DNA of 64,000 bases from an uncultured Spirochaetota bacterium (GCA_963734545.1 CAVTHO010000006.1:430527-494526), one strand, 5' to 3'; numbered from the stretch's first letter, positions 39,216-48,545 are shown. Translations and numbers: made by a program. The notes: generated by a model not told the origin, from the sequence alone.

Positions 39216-41627
39216 ATGCACACGACACTTTGGAAGAGAGGCGCGCGGTCGACGGCCACGCGGACACGCGGCGCGCACACAAGGGGCGTGCGGACAAGCA
39301 GCGCGCACACAAGGGGTGTGCGCAGGCCCCGACTGCTCGGGGGCGTCATCTTTCTCGCGGCGCTCCTGTTCCCCGGTATGTGCGGGGCGGACGGTCTCAT
39401 CATCATCGAGAATCCTGTGCACGTGGTTGCCGGACACTTCCGCTTCGCTCCGCTCGAGGTGAGCTACCACCACGTGAGCGTGACCATCAGCGATCTCGTG
39501 GCGGAAACAGTGGTGGACCAGGAGTTCTACAATCCCAACGGCGCCCGGCTGGAGGGAACGTACGTGTTCCCGATACCGGAGGGCGCGCACATCGACAAGC
39601 TGTCCATGGACATCGGCGGCAAAATGACGGATGCGGAGCTCCTTCCCGCGGACAAGGCGCGCGCTTTGTACGAGGAGATCGTGCGCAAGATGAAGGATCC
39701 CGCCCTGCTGGAGTACGCGGGCCGCGGGGCATTCCGCATGCGGGTCTATCCCATCGAGCCCCGGGCGTCCAAACGCATCAGGCTCACCTACAGCCAGCTC
39801 CTGAAAAACGACGGGGGCCTTGTCGAATACCTCTATCCGCTCAACACCGAGAAGTTCAGCGCCGCCGCGGTAAAGGATGTTTCCGTGAAGGTGACGCTGG
39901 ACGGAAAGGAAAGCCTGAAGAGCATCTATTGCCCGAGCCATCCCGCGGAGATCCGCCGCGAGGGAGACACGCGCGCCGTGGTCGGCTGGGAGGCGCGGGA
40001 CGTCTGGCCCGACACCGATTTCAAGGTGATCTTCAGCAGGAGTCCGAACCCGCTCGGGATCGACTTTCTTGCCAGCCGCGCGCCCGGCGCGGACGGGTAT
40101 TTCATGCTCCTCGCTTCGCCGGGCGCGCGCACGGCGAAAACCGGCGTGCAGCCCAAGGATATCTGCTTCGTGCTGGACACATCCGGCTCCATGGCCGGTC
40201 CCAAGCTCACGCAGGCAAAGAAAGCGCTGCAGTTCTGCCTTGCCAACCTCGGCGCGGACGACAGGTTCGAGATCGTGCGTTTCTCCACTGAAGCGGAACC
40301 CTTCTTCGGCGGTCTCGTGCCCGCGGATCGGGCGCATCTTGCGCAGGCGGAAGAATTCCTGGACAGCCTGAGGCCCATTGGCGGGACCGCCATCGGCGAC
40401 GCGCTGGGCCAGGCGCTGGCGCTCCGCAGCGGAGACGGCTCCGGCGGGCGGCCCCGGGCGGGAACAGCGGTCACGGGCGGAAGCAGGCCCTATCTTGTGA
40501 TCTTCCTCACCGACGGACAGCCGACCGTCGGCGAGACCCGCGAGGACCCCCTGGTCGATTCACTCAGGGGAGCGGCGAAGAGCGTACGGATCTTCTCCTT
40601 CGGCATTGGAAACGACGTGAACACGCACCTTCTGGACAGGATCGCCTCGGAGACCCGGGCAGTCAGCCAGTACGTGCTGCCGGAAGAGGACATCGAGCTG
40701 AAAGTGGGGGGGTTCTATTCGAAGATAAAGGATCCGGTCCTTTCCGACGTGTCTCTCTCCTTCACGAACCCGTCATTGCGCGTCACACAGCTGCAGCCGG
40801 CCGTTCTGCCGGACCTGTTCAACGGCGACATGCTCGTCGTGTTCGGACGGTACACCGGCTCCGGCGCTTCCGCCGCGCGGATCACCGGCACGTTCAACGG
40901 AAAGCCGCACCAGTTCACGGCGGACGTCGATTTCCCCGCGCAGAACGCGGACAACGGGTTCATCCCGCGATTGTGGGCAACGCGGCGTGTCGGCTGGCTG
41001 CTGGACGAGATACGCATGCGCGGGGAGTCCCGCGAGCTCAAGGACGAGGTGATCAGCCTCGCGCGCGAGTTCGGGATCGTCACTCCCTATACCGCCTATC
41101 TCATACTCGAGGACGAGGCGTCGCGATCCATCCCGGTCAACCTCCGCACGTTCCAGGAGATGGAAGGGGATCGGGGTGTCGTCGACAAGGCGAGGGAGAA
41201 GTTCGATTCGGTGAGCAGGGAGGCGCGCTCGGAGGCCAGCCGATCGGGAGCCGGCGCCGTTCAGAACTCGAAAGCGGTGCAGGCCATGAAATCCTCGCTG
41301 AACGAGCAGCAGGCGGCACAGGCAGCCGGCCTCGCAAAGTCATCTGCCCCTGCCGCACCGGGGAACACCGGCTACCGCGCATCGGTCACGCGCAACTATG
41401 CGCAGCAGGTCCAGCTTGTGAACGGTCGGGCCTTCTACCAGAACGGGAACGTCTGGACCGACTCGACCGCGCAGGCGAAGGGCGCGCTCCGGCAGAAGTC
41501 CGTGAAATTCGGAAGCGAGGAGTACTTCAGGCTGCTCCGCGCGCGGCCGGCAGCGGCCCCGTGGCTTGCCCTGGGCAGCAACGTGGATGTCGTCGTCGAC
41601 GACACGCTTATCAGCATCCGGGAATAG
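39216..41627 (+). CDS. Exported VIT + VWA domain protein (inter-alpha-trypsin-inhibitor-like)
   Basis: VDQEFYNPN...LEGTYVFPIP, DPALLEY, VLDTSGSM (MIDAS), GGT, FLTDG, LWATRRV, IVTPYTAYL. Confidence 0.9.
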   Translation: MHTTLWKRGARSTATRTRGAHTRGVRTSSAHTRGVRRPRLLGGVIFLAALLFPGMCGADGLIIIENPVHVVAGHFRFAPLEVSYHHVSVTISDLVAETVVDQEFYNPNGARLEGTYVFPIPEGAHIDKLSMDIGGKMTDAELLPADKARALYEEIVRKMKDPALLEYAGRGAFRMRVYPIEPRASKRIRLTYSQLLKNDGGLVEYLYPLNTEKFSAAAVKDVSVKVTLDGKESLKSIYCPSHPAEIRREGDTRAVVGWEARDVWPDTDFKVIFSRSPNPLGIDFLASRAPGADGYFMLLASPGARTAKTGVQPKDICFVLDTSGSMAGPKLTQAKKALQFCLANLGADDRFEIVRFSTEAEPFFGGLVPADRAHLAQAEEFLDSLRPIGGTAIGDALGQALALRSGDGSGGRPRAGTAVTGGSRPYLVIFLTDGQPTVGETREDPLVDSLRGAAKSVRIFSFGIGNDVNTHLLDRIASETRAVSQYVLPEEDIELKVGGFYSKIKDPVLSDVSLSFTNPSLRVTQLQPAVLPDLFNGDMLVVFGRYTGSGASAARITGTFNGKPHQFTADVDFPAQNADNGFIPRLWATRRVGWLLDEIRMRGESRELKDEVISLAREFGIVTPYTAYLILEDEASRSIPVNLRTFQEMEGDRGVVDKAREKFDSVSREARSEASRSGAGAVQNSKAVQAMKSSLNEQQAAQAAGLAKSSAPAAPGNTGYRASVTRNYAQQVQLVNGRAFYQNGNVWTDSTAQAKGALRQKSVKFGSEEYFRLLRARPAAAPWLALGSNVDVVVDDTLISIRE
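39261..39323. repeat. 2 x 30-bp hairpin repeat in the VIT gene leader
   Basis: GCGCGCACACAAGGGGYGTGCG at 39271 and 39301; the second copy forms GCGCACAC-AAGGG-GTGTGCGC. Confidence 0.8.
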
Positions 41628-41646
41628 ATGTGAGGAGGAACCTGAT

Positions 41647-42744
41647 ATGAGGCGGGCATTCATGTGCATGGCAGCGGGGATGATCCTCGCGGTGTCCACG
41701 GGTTTTGCGGCGGCGAAGCCCCGCGTGGAAGTGACCTTCGTGCTCGATTCCACCGGCTCCATGGGAGGCCTGATAGAGGGCGCCAAGCAGAAGATCTGGT
41801 CGATCGCGAACAGCATCGTCTCCCAGAAGCCGGCGCCGGAAGTGAGGATCGGGCTCCTCACCTACCGGGATCGAGGCGACGAGTATGTGACCAGGAAATT
41901 CGATCTCACCGACGATATCGATACGGTATTCAAGAACCTCCAATCGATAACCGCTGACGGGGGCGGGGACGATCCGGAGAGCGTGAACCAGGCTCTCCGC
42001 GAGGCGGTCACGGGCATGAGCTGGAGCGCGGGCACGACGGCGCTGAAGATCATCTTCCTCGTGGGCGACTATCCGCCCCACATGGACTATCCCGACGACG
42101 TGAAATACCCTGCCACGTGCAGGGACGCGGTGAAGCGCGGCCTGATCATCGACACCGTGCAGTGCGGCGCGGTGAGCGATACGACCGCCGTGTGGCGTGA
42201 TATCGCGCGACTGTCCGAGGGATCCTACGTGGCATTGGCCCAGTCGGGCAACATGACCGTCATGACGACACCCTTCGACACGGAAATCGCCCGAACGAGC
42301 GGGGAGATCGGGACGACCGTGGTGGCGTACGGCGAAAAGGACAGGCAGGAAGCGGCGCGCGGCAAGGTGGCGAAGGCGGCCGAGGCGCCGGCCGCCGTGG
42401 CGGCGGACAGGGCTGCATTCAATCTCGCGACGGGCGGCAAGGCCATCCAGGGGTTGGGGGACCTCGTGGCTGATTCTGCGGAGGGAAAGGTGGACGTGGG
42501 CAGGCTGAAGAACGACGAGCTTCCGCCGGAGCTGCAGAAGATGACCCCCGCGCAGCGTACCGCGTACATCACGAAGCAGAAGGAACGAAGGGAAGTGCTC
42601 AACCTCAGGCTCACGGAGCTGTCACAGAAGCGCGCCACCTGGCTTGCCCAGGAGCAGAAGAGAATTGCCGCAACAACAGGAGGCGACGCGTTCGACGTGC
42701 GGGTGGCTGAAATCATTTCCGCGCAGGCTGCCCGGACCCGGTAG
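41647..42744 (+). CDS. Exported VWA domain protein
   Basis: Signal peptide, FVLDSTGSM MIDAS, YRDRGD, ADGGGDDPE, VGDYPPH. Confidence 0.88.
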   Translation: MRRAFMCMAAGMILAVSTGFAAAKPRVEVTFVLDSTGSMGGLIEGAKQKIWSIANSIVSQKPAPEVRIGLLTYRDRGDEYVTRKFDLTDDIDTVFKNLQSITADGGGDDPESVNQALREAVTGMSWSAGTTALKIIFLVGDYPPHMDYPDDVKYPATCRDAVKRGLIIDTVQCGAVSDTTAVWRDIARLSEGSYVALAQSGNMTVMTTPFDTEIARTSGEIGTTVVAYGEKDRQEAARGKVAKAAEAPAAVAADRAAFNLATGGKAIQGLGDLVADSAEGKVDVGRLKNDELPPELQKMTPAQRTAYITKQKERREVLNLRLTELSQKRATWLAQEQKRIAATTGGDAFDVRVAEIISAQAARTR

Positions 42745-42753
42745 GGGGTGAGG

Positions 42754-42874
42754 GGCGGGCTCGGTACGCCGGGCCCGCCCGCTCTTGCCCGTATTCGGAC
42801 CGCCGCTTTTGCCCGTACTCGGGCCGCCGCTCTTGCCCGTATTCGGGCCGCCGCTTTTGCCCGTACTCGGGCCC
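42754..42874. repeat. Terminator-like hairpin followed by a 4 x 24-bp hairpin tandem array between convergent genes
   Basis: GGCGGGCTCGG-TACG-CCGGGCCCGCC, then CCGCTYTTGCCCGTAYTCGGGCCG units at 42779, 42803, 42827 and 42851. Confidence 0.88.
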
Positions 42875-42877
42875 GCC

Positions 42878-43399
42878 TTACCCTGGCGGGAAATGCGCGA
42901 GAAACTCTTTTCTGAGCATGACCTCGAAGAAAATCGCCGATCCGTCCTTGAACGCCACCTCGGTCACAGGTGCAGAGAACATCTTGGTAAAAATCGACGC
43001 CGGGGGAACCTTGCGGGGAACGGCCCCGCCCGCCACGCACCGGGCAGCACCCACGCGGGACACGACACGGATGAACTCCACCTCGGATTTGGAGAAGGAG
43101 AGCTCCGTTTTTTCCCATTTCGACCTGCCGGCAAAGATCTTCGAGAGCCAGTTGTCCCGCTCGAAGTCCTCGAACCAGAAGAGATCTCCGACCCGGTAGA
43201 GCAACCCGGGGAAATTGAGGATATTTCCCCCGGTCCTTCCCACCAGGGTGGCGAACGTGAAGAAACCTACCTCGCCGCCCCGCTTTTCAGCGGTCTGCCG
43301 CCAGAACTCGGCAGGATCCTCTTCCGGGGCCCTCCGCAACCATTGCATGGCATGTACGATAGTCTGCCATCGGGCATCCGTCAATCCAGCGATTCTCAT
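42878..43399 (-). CDS. Hypothetical protein
   Basis: Protein-like composition, fills the gap after the ara cluster; no family recognised; start uncertain. Confidence 0.6.
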   Translation of the reverse strand: MRIAGLTDARWQTIVHAMQWLRRAPEEDPAEFWRQTAEKRGGEVGFFTFATLVGRTGGNILNFPGLLYRVGDLFWFEDFERDNWLSKIFAGRSKWEKTELSFSKSEVEFIRVVSRVGAARCVAGGAVPRKVPPASIFTKMFSAPVTEVAFKDGSAIFFEVMLRKEFLAHFPPG

Positions 43400-43471
43400 T
43401 TGCCTGGGATTCACTTGTCGAGGCAACCAGCATCGACGGCGCAGGGTTTTTCGGGATATATGAGGAAGGTC

Positions 43472-44569
43472 TCAGAGCTCCCCGAGTGGCTGCGGCCGGG
43501 GCGCGGGATAACGGAGCTCGACTGCTCTCCCGCTTCCCGACGCATCGTGCACCGCGTGCATGATCTCCAGGGCATGCATACCGAGCGCGCCCGATGCCCG
43601 GTGAGGCCGGCCCGTCACGATTGCCTGTATCATCTCCGAGAGCCCCAGCCCGCGCGAGTTCTCCGCCCAGGGCAGCTCCAGGGGCACCTCGCGCCACTCC
43701 GTGTCATCCTTCCCCCGGATGAGGACCGGGCCGCCGAAGGTGTTGGGATCCGGGACGCTCAGGGAGCCTTCGCTGCCGTAGATCTCTATGCGCGGGAGCT
43801 GCGAGCTCCAGACGTCGAAGGACATGACGAAGGTGGCGATGACGCCGCACTCGAAGTCGATGGTCCCCGCCGCGTGCGTGGGGATTTCCACGTCGATGCG
43901 CTGGCCCTCGTTCGGTCCCGAGCCGATGACCCGGTTTCGAAATGTCCTGCGGACCGATCCCGAGACCCGGCGCGCCGGCCCCAGCAGGGCGAGGAGGGCG
44001 GTGAAATAGTAGGGGCCCATGTCGAAGACCGGACCACCCCCCTGAGCGTAATAAAAGCCCGGATCCGGATGCCAGGCTTCAGGCCCGTGATTCGCCATGA
44101 AGGCGACGGCGGCCACCGGGACGCCGATGGCCCCTTCGTCGATGAGCCGCACGCAGGTCTGTATTCCCGCGCCCAGGAAGGTGTCCGGCGCCGTGCCGAC
44201 CCGCAGGCCCTTTTTTCGGGCCAGGGCCAGCGTGCGATCCGCATCTTTCATGGATATCGCGAACGGCTTTTCCGAGTGCACGTGCTTGCCCGCCGCGAGG
44301 GCGGCCATGGACACCTCCGCGTGCGCCGAGGGGACCGTCAGGTTGAGCACGACCTCCACGGACGGATCGGCGAGGAGCTCTTCCACCGTGCATGCCCGCG
44401 GGATGCCGTGCGCGGCGGCCTTGGCCGCTGCCCGTTCATCCACAAGGTCTGCGACGGCTGCAACCTCGACGTTGTCGAACCGGGTTGTCAGGTTCTTGAG
44501 ATAGATCTCGCTGATGGTTCCGCATCCGATCACGCCGACGCGCGCCCGATTGCTCTCGGTTGCTTTCAT
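43472..44569 (-). CDS. Gfo/Idh/MocA oxidoreductase
   Basis: GVIGCGTIS, GKHVHSEKP, APDTFLG, GGGPVFDMGPYY. Confidence 0.9.
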   Translation of the reverse strand: MKATESNRARVGVIGCGTISEIYLKNLTTRFDNVEVAAVADLVDERAAAKAAAHGIPRACTVEELLADPSVEVVLNLTVPSAHAEVSMAALAAGKHVHSEKPFAISMKDADRTLALARKKGLRVGTAPDTFLGAGIQTCVRLIDEGAIGVPVAAVAFMANHGPEAWHPDPGFYYAQGGGPVFDMGPYYFTALLALLGPARRVSGSVRRTFRNRVIGSGPNEGQRIDVEIPTHAAGTIDFECGVIATFVMSFDVWSSQLPRIEIYGSEGSLSVPDPNTFGGPVLIRGKDDTEWREVPLELPWAENSRGLGLSEMIQAIVTGRPHRASGALGMHALEIMHAVHDASGSGRAVELRYPAPRPQPLGEL

Positions 44570-45312
44570 GCGTGCCGCGGGCCCTGACCGTAGTACGCGT
44601 CTTTTCCATGTTTTCGCAGGAAGTGCTTGTCCAGAAGGCTCCGCCTCATGCCCTTGACCCGGGGGTTGATCTGCACGGCGAGCGCCGTCATTTCCGCAAC
44701 GTAATCGAGGATGAAGGCGTGGTAGACGGCCTCCGCCGCGTCCTTGCCCCAGGTGAATGGCCCGTGTGACGCGACGAGAACGGCAGGAACCGCGCGATAG
44801 TCGATGTTGCGGAAGGCGTCCACGATCTGTACGGCCGTCTGCTCCTCATAGTCAAGGGCGATCTGCGCGTCCGAGATAACCGCCGTGCAGGGGACCGGGC
44901 CGTGGAAGTAGTCCGCGTGCGTCGTGCCCAGGCAGGGCAGGGGCCGGCATGCCTGCGCCCACGCCGTGGCGTTCCGCGAATGCGTATGCACGACGCCCCC
45001 GATCTCGGGGAACTCCCGGTAGAGCCTCACGTGCGTCCGGGTATCCGAAGAGGGGTTCAGGTCGCCCTCCACCTTGTTTCCATCCTGATCCATGATCACC
45101 ATGTTCTTCGGGGAAAGCTCCGCATAGTCCACGCCGCTGGGCTTGATCGCGATCAACCCCAGCGTGCGATCGATGCCGGAGACGTTTCCGAACGTAGCAA
45201 CCACGAGGCCGTGTTCCACCAGGCGCATGTTGGCCTGGTACACCTCTTCCCGCAGCCGCTGAAGGCTGCGCTTCCCCGCCGCGGTACTCCGCGGTTTCCT
45301 GGCGGCGCTCAT
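44566..45312 (-). CDS. araD: L-ribulose-5-phosphate 4-epimerase
   Basis: GNVSG, IKPSGV, PSSDT.TH, HTHS, GTTHADYF, HGPFTWG, KHFLRKHG..AYYGQ. Confidence 0.95.
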   Translation of the reverse strand: MSAARKPRSTAAGKRSLQRLREEVYQANMRLVEHGLVVATFGNVSGIDRTLGLIAIKPSGVDYAELSPKNMVIMDQDGNKVEGDLNPSSDTRTHVRLYREFPEIGGVVHTHSRNATAWAQACRPLPCLGTTHADYFHGPVPCTAVISDAQIALDYEEQTAVQIVDAFRNIDYRAVPAVLVASHGPFTWGKDAAEAVYHAFILDYVAEMTALAVQINPRVKGMRRSLLDKHFLRKHGKDAYYGQGPRHA

Positions 45313-47015
45313 AGCGCGCGCAGGAGCCCCGTCAGGCTCCCGCCCAGTGACGTGTAGGTGCCGTACAACTTCTCGTATACGGCGGCGCGTTTCCTGTCCG
45401 GCTTGAAGATCTTGTCGAATCCGCTCCCCATCTTCTTCTGCGCCGCTGCGACCGTCGGGTGCACTCCGGCCGCAACGGCGGCGAGCATTCCTGCGCCGAG
45501 CGCGCAGGCCTGGTCGGATGTGACAACGCGGATCGGCATGCCCAGGATGTCGGCCGTTACCTGCATGACAAAGGGGCTCTTGCGGGCAATCCCGCCCTGC
45601 GCAATGACCGCGTTGATCGGCACCCCTTCCTTCCTGAATTGTTCGACTATTGCCCGGGAGCCGAAAGCGGTGGCCTCCACCAGGGCCCGGAAGATCTTCG
45701 GCGCGGTCGTGCCCAGGGTCAGGCCCACGATGGCGCCTTTCAATGTCTGGTCGGCAAACGGCGTGCGCCGGCCGTTCAGCCAGTCAAGCGCTGCAACCGT
45801 CGATTCACCCGGGTCGACCTTGGCCGCCTCGTCGGCAAGCCTGTCCAGGATGCTCTCTTCGATCTCCTTTCGGGCCTGCGCGAGCGCGGCAGCCCTGGCC
45901 GGGCCGCGCCCGCCCGCCGCGTCGTGCAGCGGCCAGGAGAGAATGTCCTTGAACCATGCGTAGACATCACCGAACGCGGACTGGCCCGCTTCCAGACCGA
46001 CCATCCCGGGAATGACGGAGCCGTCTACCTGGCCGCAGATCCCCGCGATGCACTTGCTGCCGACCGCTCTCCGCGGCGCCACCAGGACGTCGCAGGTGGA
46101 GGTGCCCATGATCTTCACCAGGGTCCTGTCCGTGATTCCGCCGCCCACGGCGCCCATGTGGGCGTCGAAAGCACCTACGGCCACGGTGGTCCCGGGTTCC
46201 AGGCCCAGCCGCCTGGCCCATTCATCGGTGAGCCCTCCGGCGCTGAGATCCGACGTATGCGTCTCTTTGAACAGACGCTGGCGCAGACCCCTCAGGAGAG
46301 GGTCGATCTTGAGGAGAAACGCCTCGGGCGGAAGGCCCTCCCAGTCGGGATGCCACATCGCCTTGTGCCCGGCTGCGCACCTGCTCCTCTTCATGGTGAG
46401 AGGATCCACCGCGCCGGTAAGGAGCGCCGGCATCCAGTCGCAATGCTCCACCCAGGAGTATGCCGCGGCCCGGACCTTGCCGTCCTCCCTGATGACGTGC
46501 AGGATCTTCGACCAGAACCACTCGGAGGAATAGACGCCCCCCTCGTATTTCGTGAAGTCCGTCCCTCCCCACCCGCGGGCCGTCTTGTTGATGAGCTCCG
46601 CTTCCCTGACGCCCGTGTGGTCCTTCCAGAGCACGAACATTGCGTTCGGGTTCTCCTCGAAGCCCTTGACGAGCGCCAGCGGAGTCCCGGCCCGGTCGAC
46701 CGCGCACGGGGTGGAGCCGGTCGTGTCGATGCCGATTGCCGCAACGCTCTTGCCCGCCTTCTTGCCGATTTTCCGAAGCGCGCCCTTCACGGACGCCTCC
46801 ATCCCCTCGATATAATCCAGGGGATGCTGGCGGAACATGTTCTTCGCGGGGTCGCAGTACTTGCCCGCAGCCCAGCGGCGGTACCACGCAACCTCGTTCG
46901 CCAGCTCCTTCCCCGTCTGGGCGTCGATCACCACCGAGCGAACGGAGTCGGTGCCGAAATCCATCCCGATGATCAGCCGGTCGCTCCTGGCGACATTCTG
47001 CGTGTCCCTGGCCAT
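45309..47015 (-). CDS. araB: L-ribulokinase
   Basis: GMDFGTDSVR, FRQHPLDY, FVLWKDH, GG.YSSEWFWSK, CAAGHKAMW, DWLNGRRTP. Confidence 0.93.
   Translation of the reverse strand: MARDTQNVARSDRLIIGMDFGTDSVRSVVIDAQTGKELANEVAWYRRWAAGKYCDPAKNMFRQHPLDYIEGMEASVKGALRKIGKKAGKSVAAIGIDTTGSTPCAVDRAGTPLALVKGFEENPNAMFVLWKDHTGVREAELINKTARGWGGTDFTKYEGGVYSSEWFWSKILHVIREDGKVRAAAYSWVEHCDWMPALLTGAVDPLTMKRSRCAAGHKAMWHPDWEGLPPEAFLLKIDPLLRGLRQRLFKETHTSDLSAGGLTDEWARRLGLEPGTTVAVGAFDAHMGAVGGGITDRTLVKIMGTSTCDVLVAPRRAVGSKCIAGICGQVDGSVIPGMVGLEAGQSAFGDVYAWFKDILSWPLHDAAGGRGPARAAALAQARKEIEESILDRLADEAAKVDPGESTVAALDWLNGRRTPFADQTLKGAIVGLTLGTTAPKIFRALVEATAFGSRAIVEQFRKEGVPINAVIAQGGIARKSPFVMQVTADILGMPIRVVTSDQACALGAGMLAAVAAGVHPTVAAAQKKMGSGFDKIFKPDRKRAAVYEKLYGTYTSLGGSLTGLLRAL
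46977..46997. repeat. Single copy of the mocA repeat unit inside the araB 5' end
   Basis: CCGGTCGCTCCTGGCGACATT, 21/21 identical to 37621-37641. Confidence 0.92.
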
Positions 47016-47024
47016 TTCTACCTC

Positions 47025-48545
47025 CTATGCCCGCGGGCCCGCGGCGCTGGCCCGCTCCCTGTTTCGCACTCCCCGGTCGTGGTCCCGTACCGCGCGTTCA
47101 CGATCTCCGACGGCGCGCTCACGGTCGTTTATCGCAAGCTCGCGGTCGTGATTGTAGACGTCCCAGCCGAGGTACCGGGTGAATGCCTCTTCCACCACCG
47201 CGGCCACGCGCGCGGGGTTGATTGCCACATGATGCTCAAAACCGTTGGCGCAGATGTGACGCAGCAGCCCCTGCAGTTGCGGGATCCGCGCCACGCCATA
47301 CCCGCCGAATGTCGTGAGGGGGTCCTTGGTGATCTCCCCTTCCCCCACATAGGAGCGTATCCTGCCCGCCCGGTCGTCGGTGGAGACGCGGCAGTACGTG
47401 AAGTCCGTGGGCTTCAGCTTGCCGGCAAGCGTGCCGTACGTGTTCTCCCTGCCGATCGTTCCGGCAAGTATCTCGTTGTAGTCCATGACGGCTTTCCGCC
47501 CGAAGAGATCCTGCGGGAAGTTGCTGCAGTGGAACAACACGCACCTGTCCGGGTCATCCGCATAGTTGTTGTTCCAGTCCACCAGCCCGCTGGGCTTGCC
47601 TGACGCCTGGACCATGGCGTACATGCCGATCAATCCGGTCACGTCGGTCTCACAGGCGCTCGGGCACAGCGCATTGCTCAGCATGCTCATGGCGGTGCAG
47701 GGCATCACGCCGAAGTTTTCTTCCATGGAGGACCAGCACTGGATTGCCGTGCCGTCCAGATCATGCTCTTTCACGTACTGGTCGAGCACCACGCCGAACT
47801 TTGCCATGCGCGTGAGCGCCTCCCGGGGGATCTTCGTCGTTTTGATGTAGTCATCTATCTCGTCCAGCTTCGAGAGCACCGTGGAGTCCTTGTCCTTGAG
47901 GTTCCACGCCCTTCCAAACAGCTCGGACAGGTCCAGGCTTTCCACGGAGATGCCGGTGAGCTCCAGGAGCTTCTCGCTGTAGCGAACCGTGAGGAACGCG
48001 GCCGGTCGAGCGCCGATCTGGCCGAACCGGGCTTTCTTCAGGGATCTCACCACCCGGCAGACCCCGCCGAAGTCGTGCAGCTCCTCCCGGAACGCGGCGG
48101 ACTCGGGGTCCATCGTGTGCTGGGAGGTGAGAGAGTAGCGGATGCCGTACTGGGAAAGGTTGTTGCAGGCCGACATCTTTCCGCAGAAGCTGTCCCGCCG
48201 ATGCTCGATGCTCATCCTCCCCGGCTCGTCGGGGAACGCGTGCACGAGCACCGGCACCTGCAGTCCCGCGAGCCGCAGCGTGTCGGCGATTCCCCGCTCG
48301 TCACCGAAGTTCGGCAGGGTGACGAGGATCCCGTCGATCTTCTCCCGATTTGCCTTGAAGAGCGCGGCGCACTTTTTCGAGTCCGCGAGGCTCTCCACGG
48401 AGCCGTACTTTGTGTCCTTCGGAGAAAGGGCGACGGCCTCGAAACCCTCTTCCTTGAGCACGGCCAGTATCGTCTTGCGCCCCTGCTCGCACAGCTCCGC
48501 AGGAAAGAAGCCCCGGTTGCCTATCAGCACACCGAGTGTGGTCAT
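47025..48545 (-). CDS. L-fucose/L-arabinose isomerase-family protein (FucI/XylA-II-like)
   Basis: GNRGFFP, LPNFGDE, RRDSFCGKMSACNNL, ACETD, HCSN, GFEHHVA; AAGGAG RBS before ATG 48545. Confidence 0.85.
   Translation of the reverse strand: MTTLGVLIGNRGFFPAELCEQGRKTILAVLKEEGFEAVALSPKDTKYGSVESLADSKKCAALFKANREKIDGILVTLPNFGDERGIADTLRLAGLQVPVLVHAFPDEPGRMSIEHRRDSFCGKMSACNNLSQYGIRYSLTSQHTMDPESAAFREELHDFGGVCRVVRSLKKARFGQIGARPAAFLTVRYSEKLLELTGISVESLDLSELFGRAWNLKDKDSTVLSKLDEIDDYIKTTKIPREALTRMAKFGVVLDQYVKEHDLDGTAIQCWSSMEENFGVMPCTAMSMLSNALCPSACETDVTGLIGMYAMVQASGKPSGLVDWNNNYADDPDRCVLFHCSNFPQDLFGRKAVMDYNEILAGTIGRENTYGTLAGKLKPTDFTYCRVSTDDRAGRIRSYVGEGEITKDPLTTFGGYGVARIPQLQGLLRHICANGFEHHVAINPARVAAVVEEAFTRYLGWDVYNHDRELAINDRERAVGDRERAVRDHDRGVRNRERASAAGPRA

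Noticed and set aside
42779-42874. Possible CRISPR array
   Set aside because: The 24-bp units are contiguous with no unique spacers, and there are no cas genes in the window.
45459-47603. Long antisense ORFs (also 26940-28763, 50252-51907, 5545-7179, 35611-37227)
   Set aside because: Typical high-GC shadow frames opposite well-supported genes, with no recognisable motifs.
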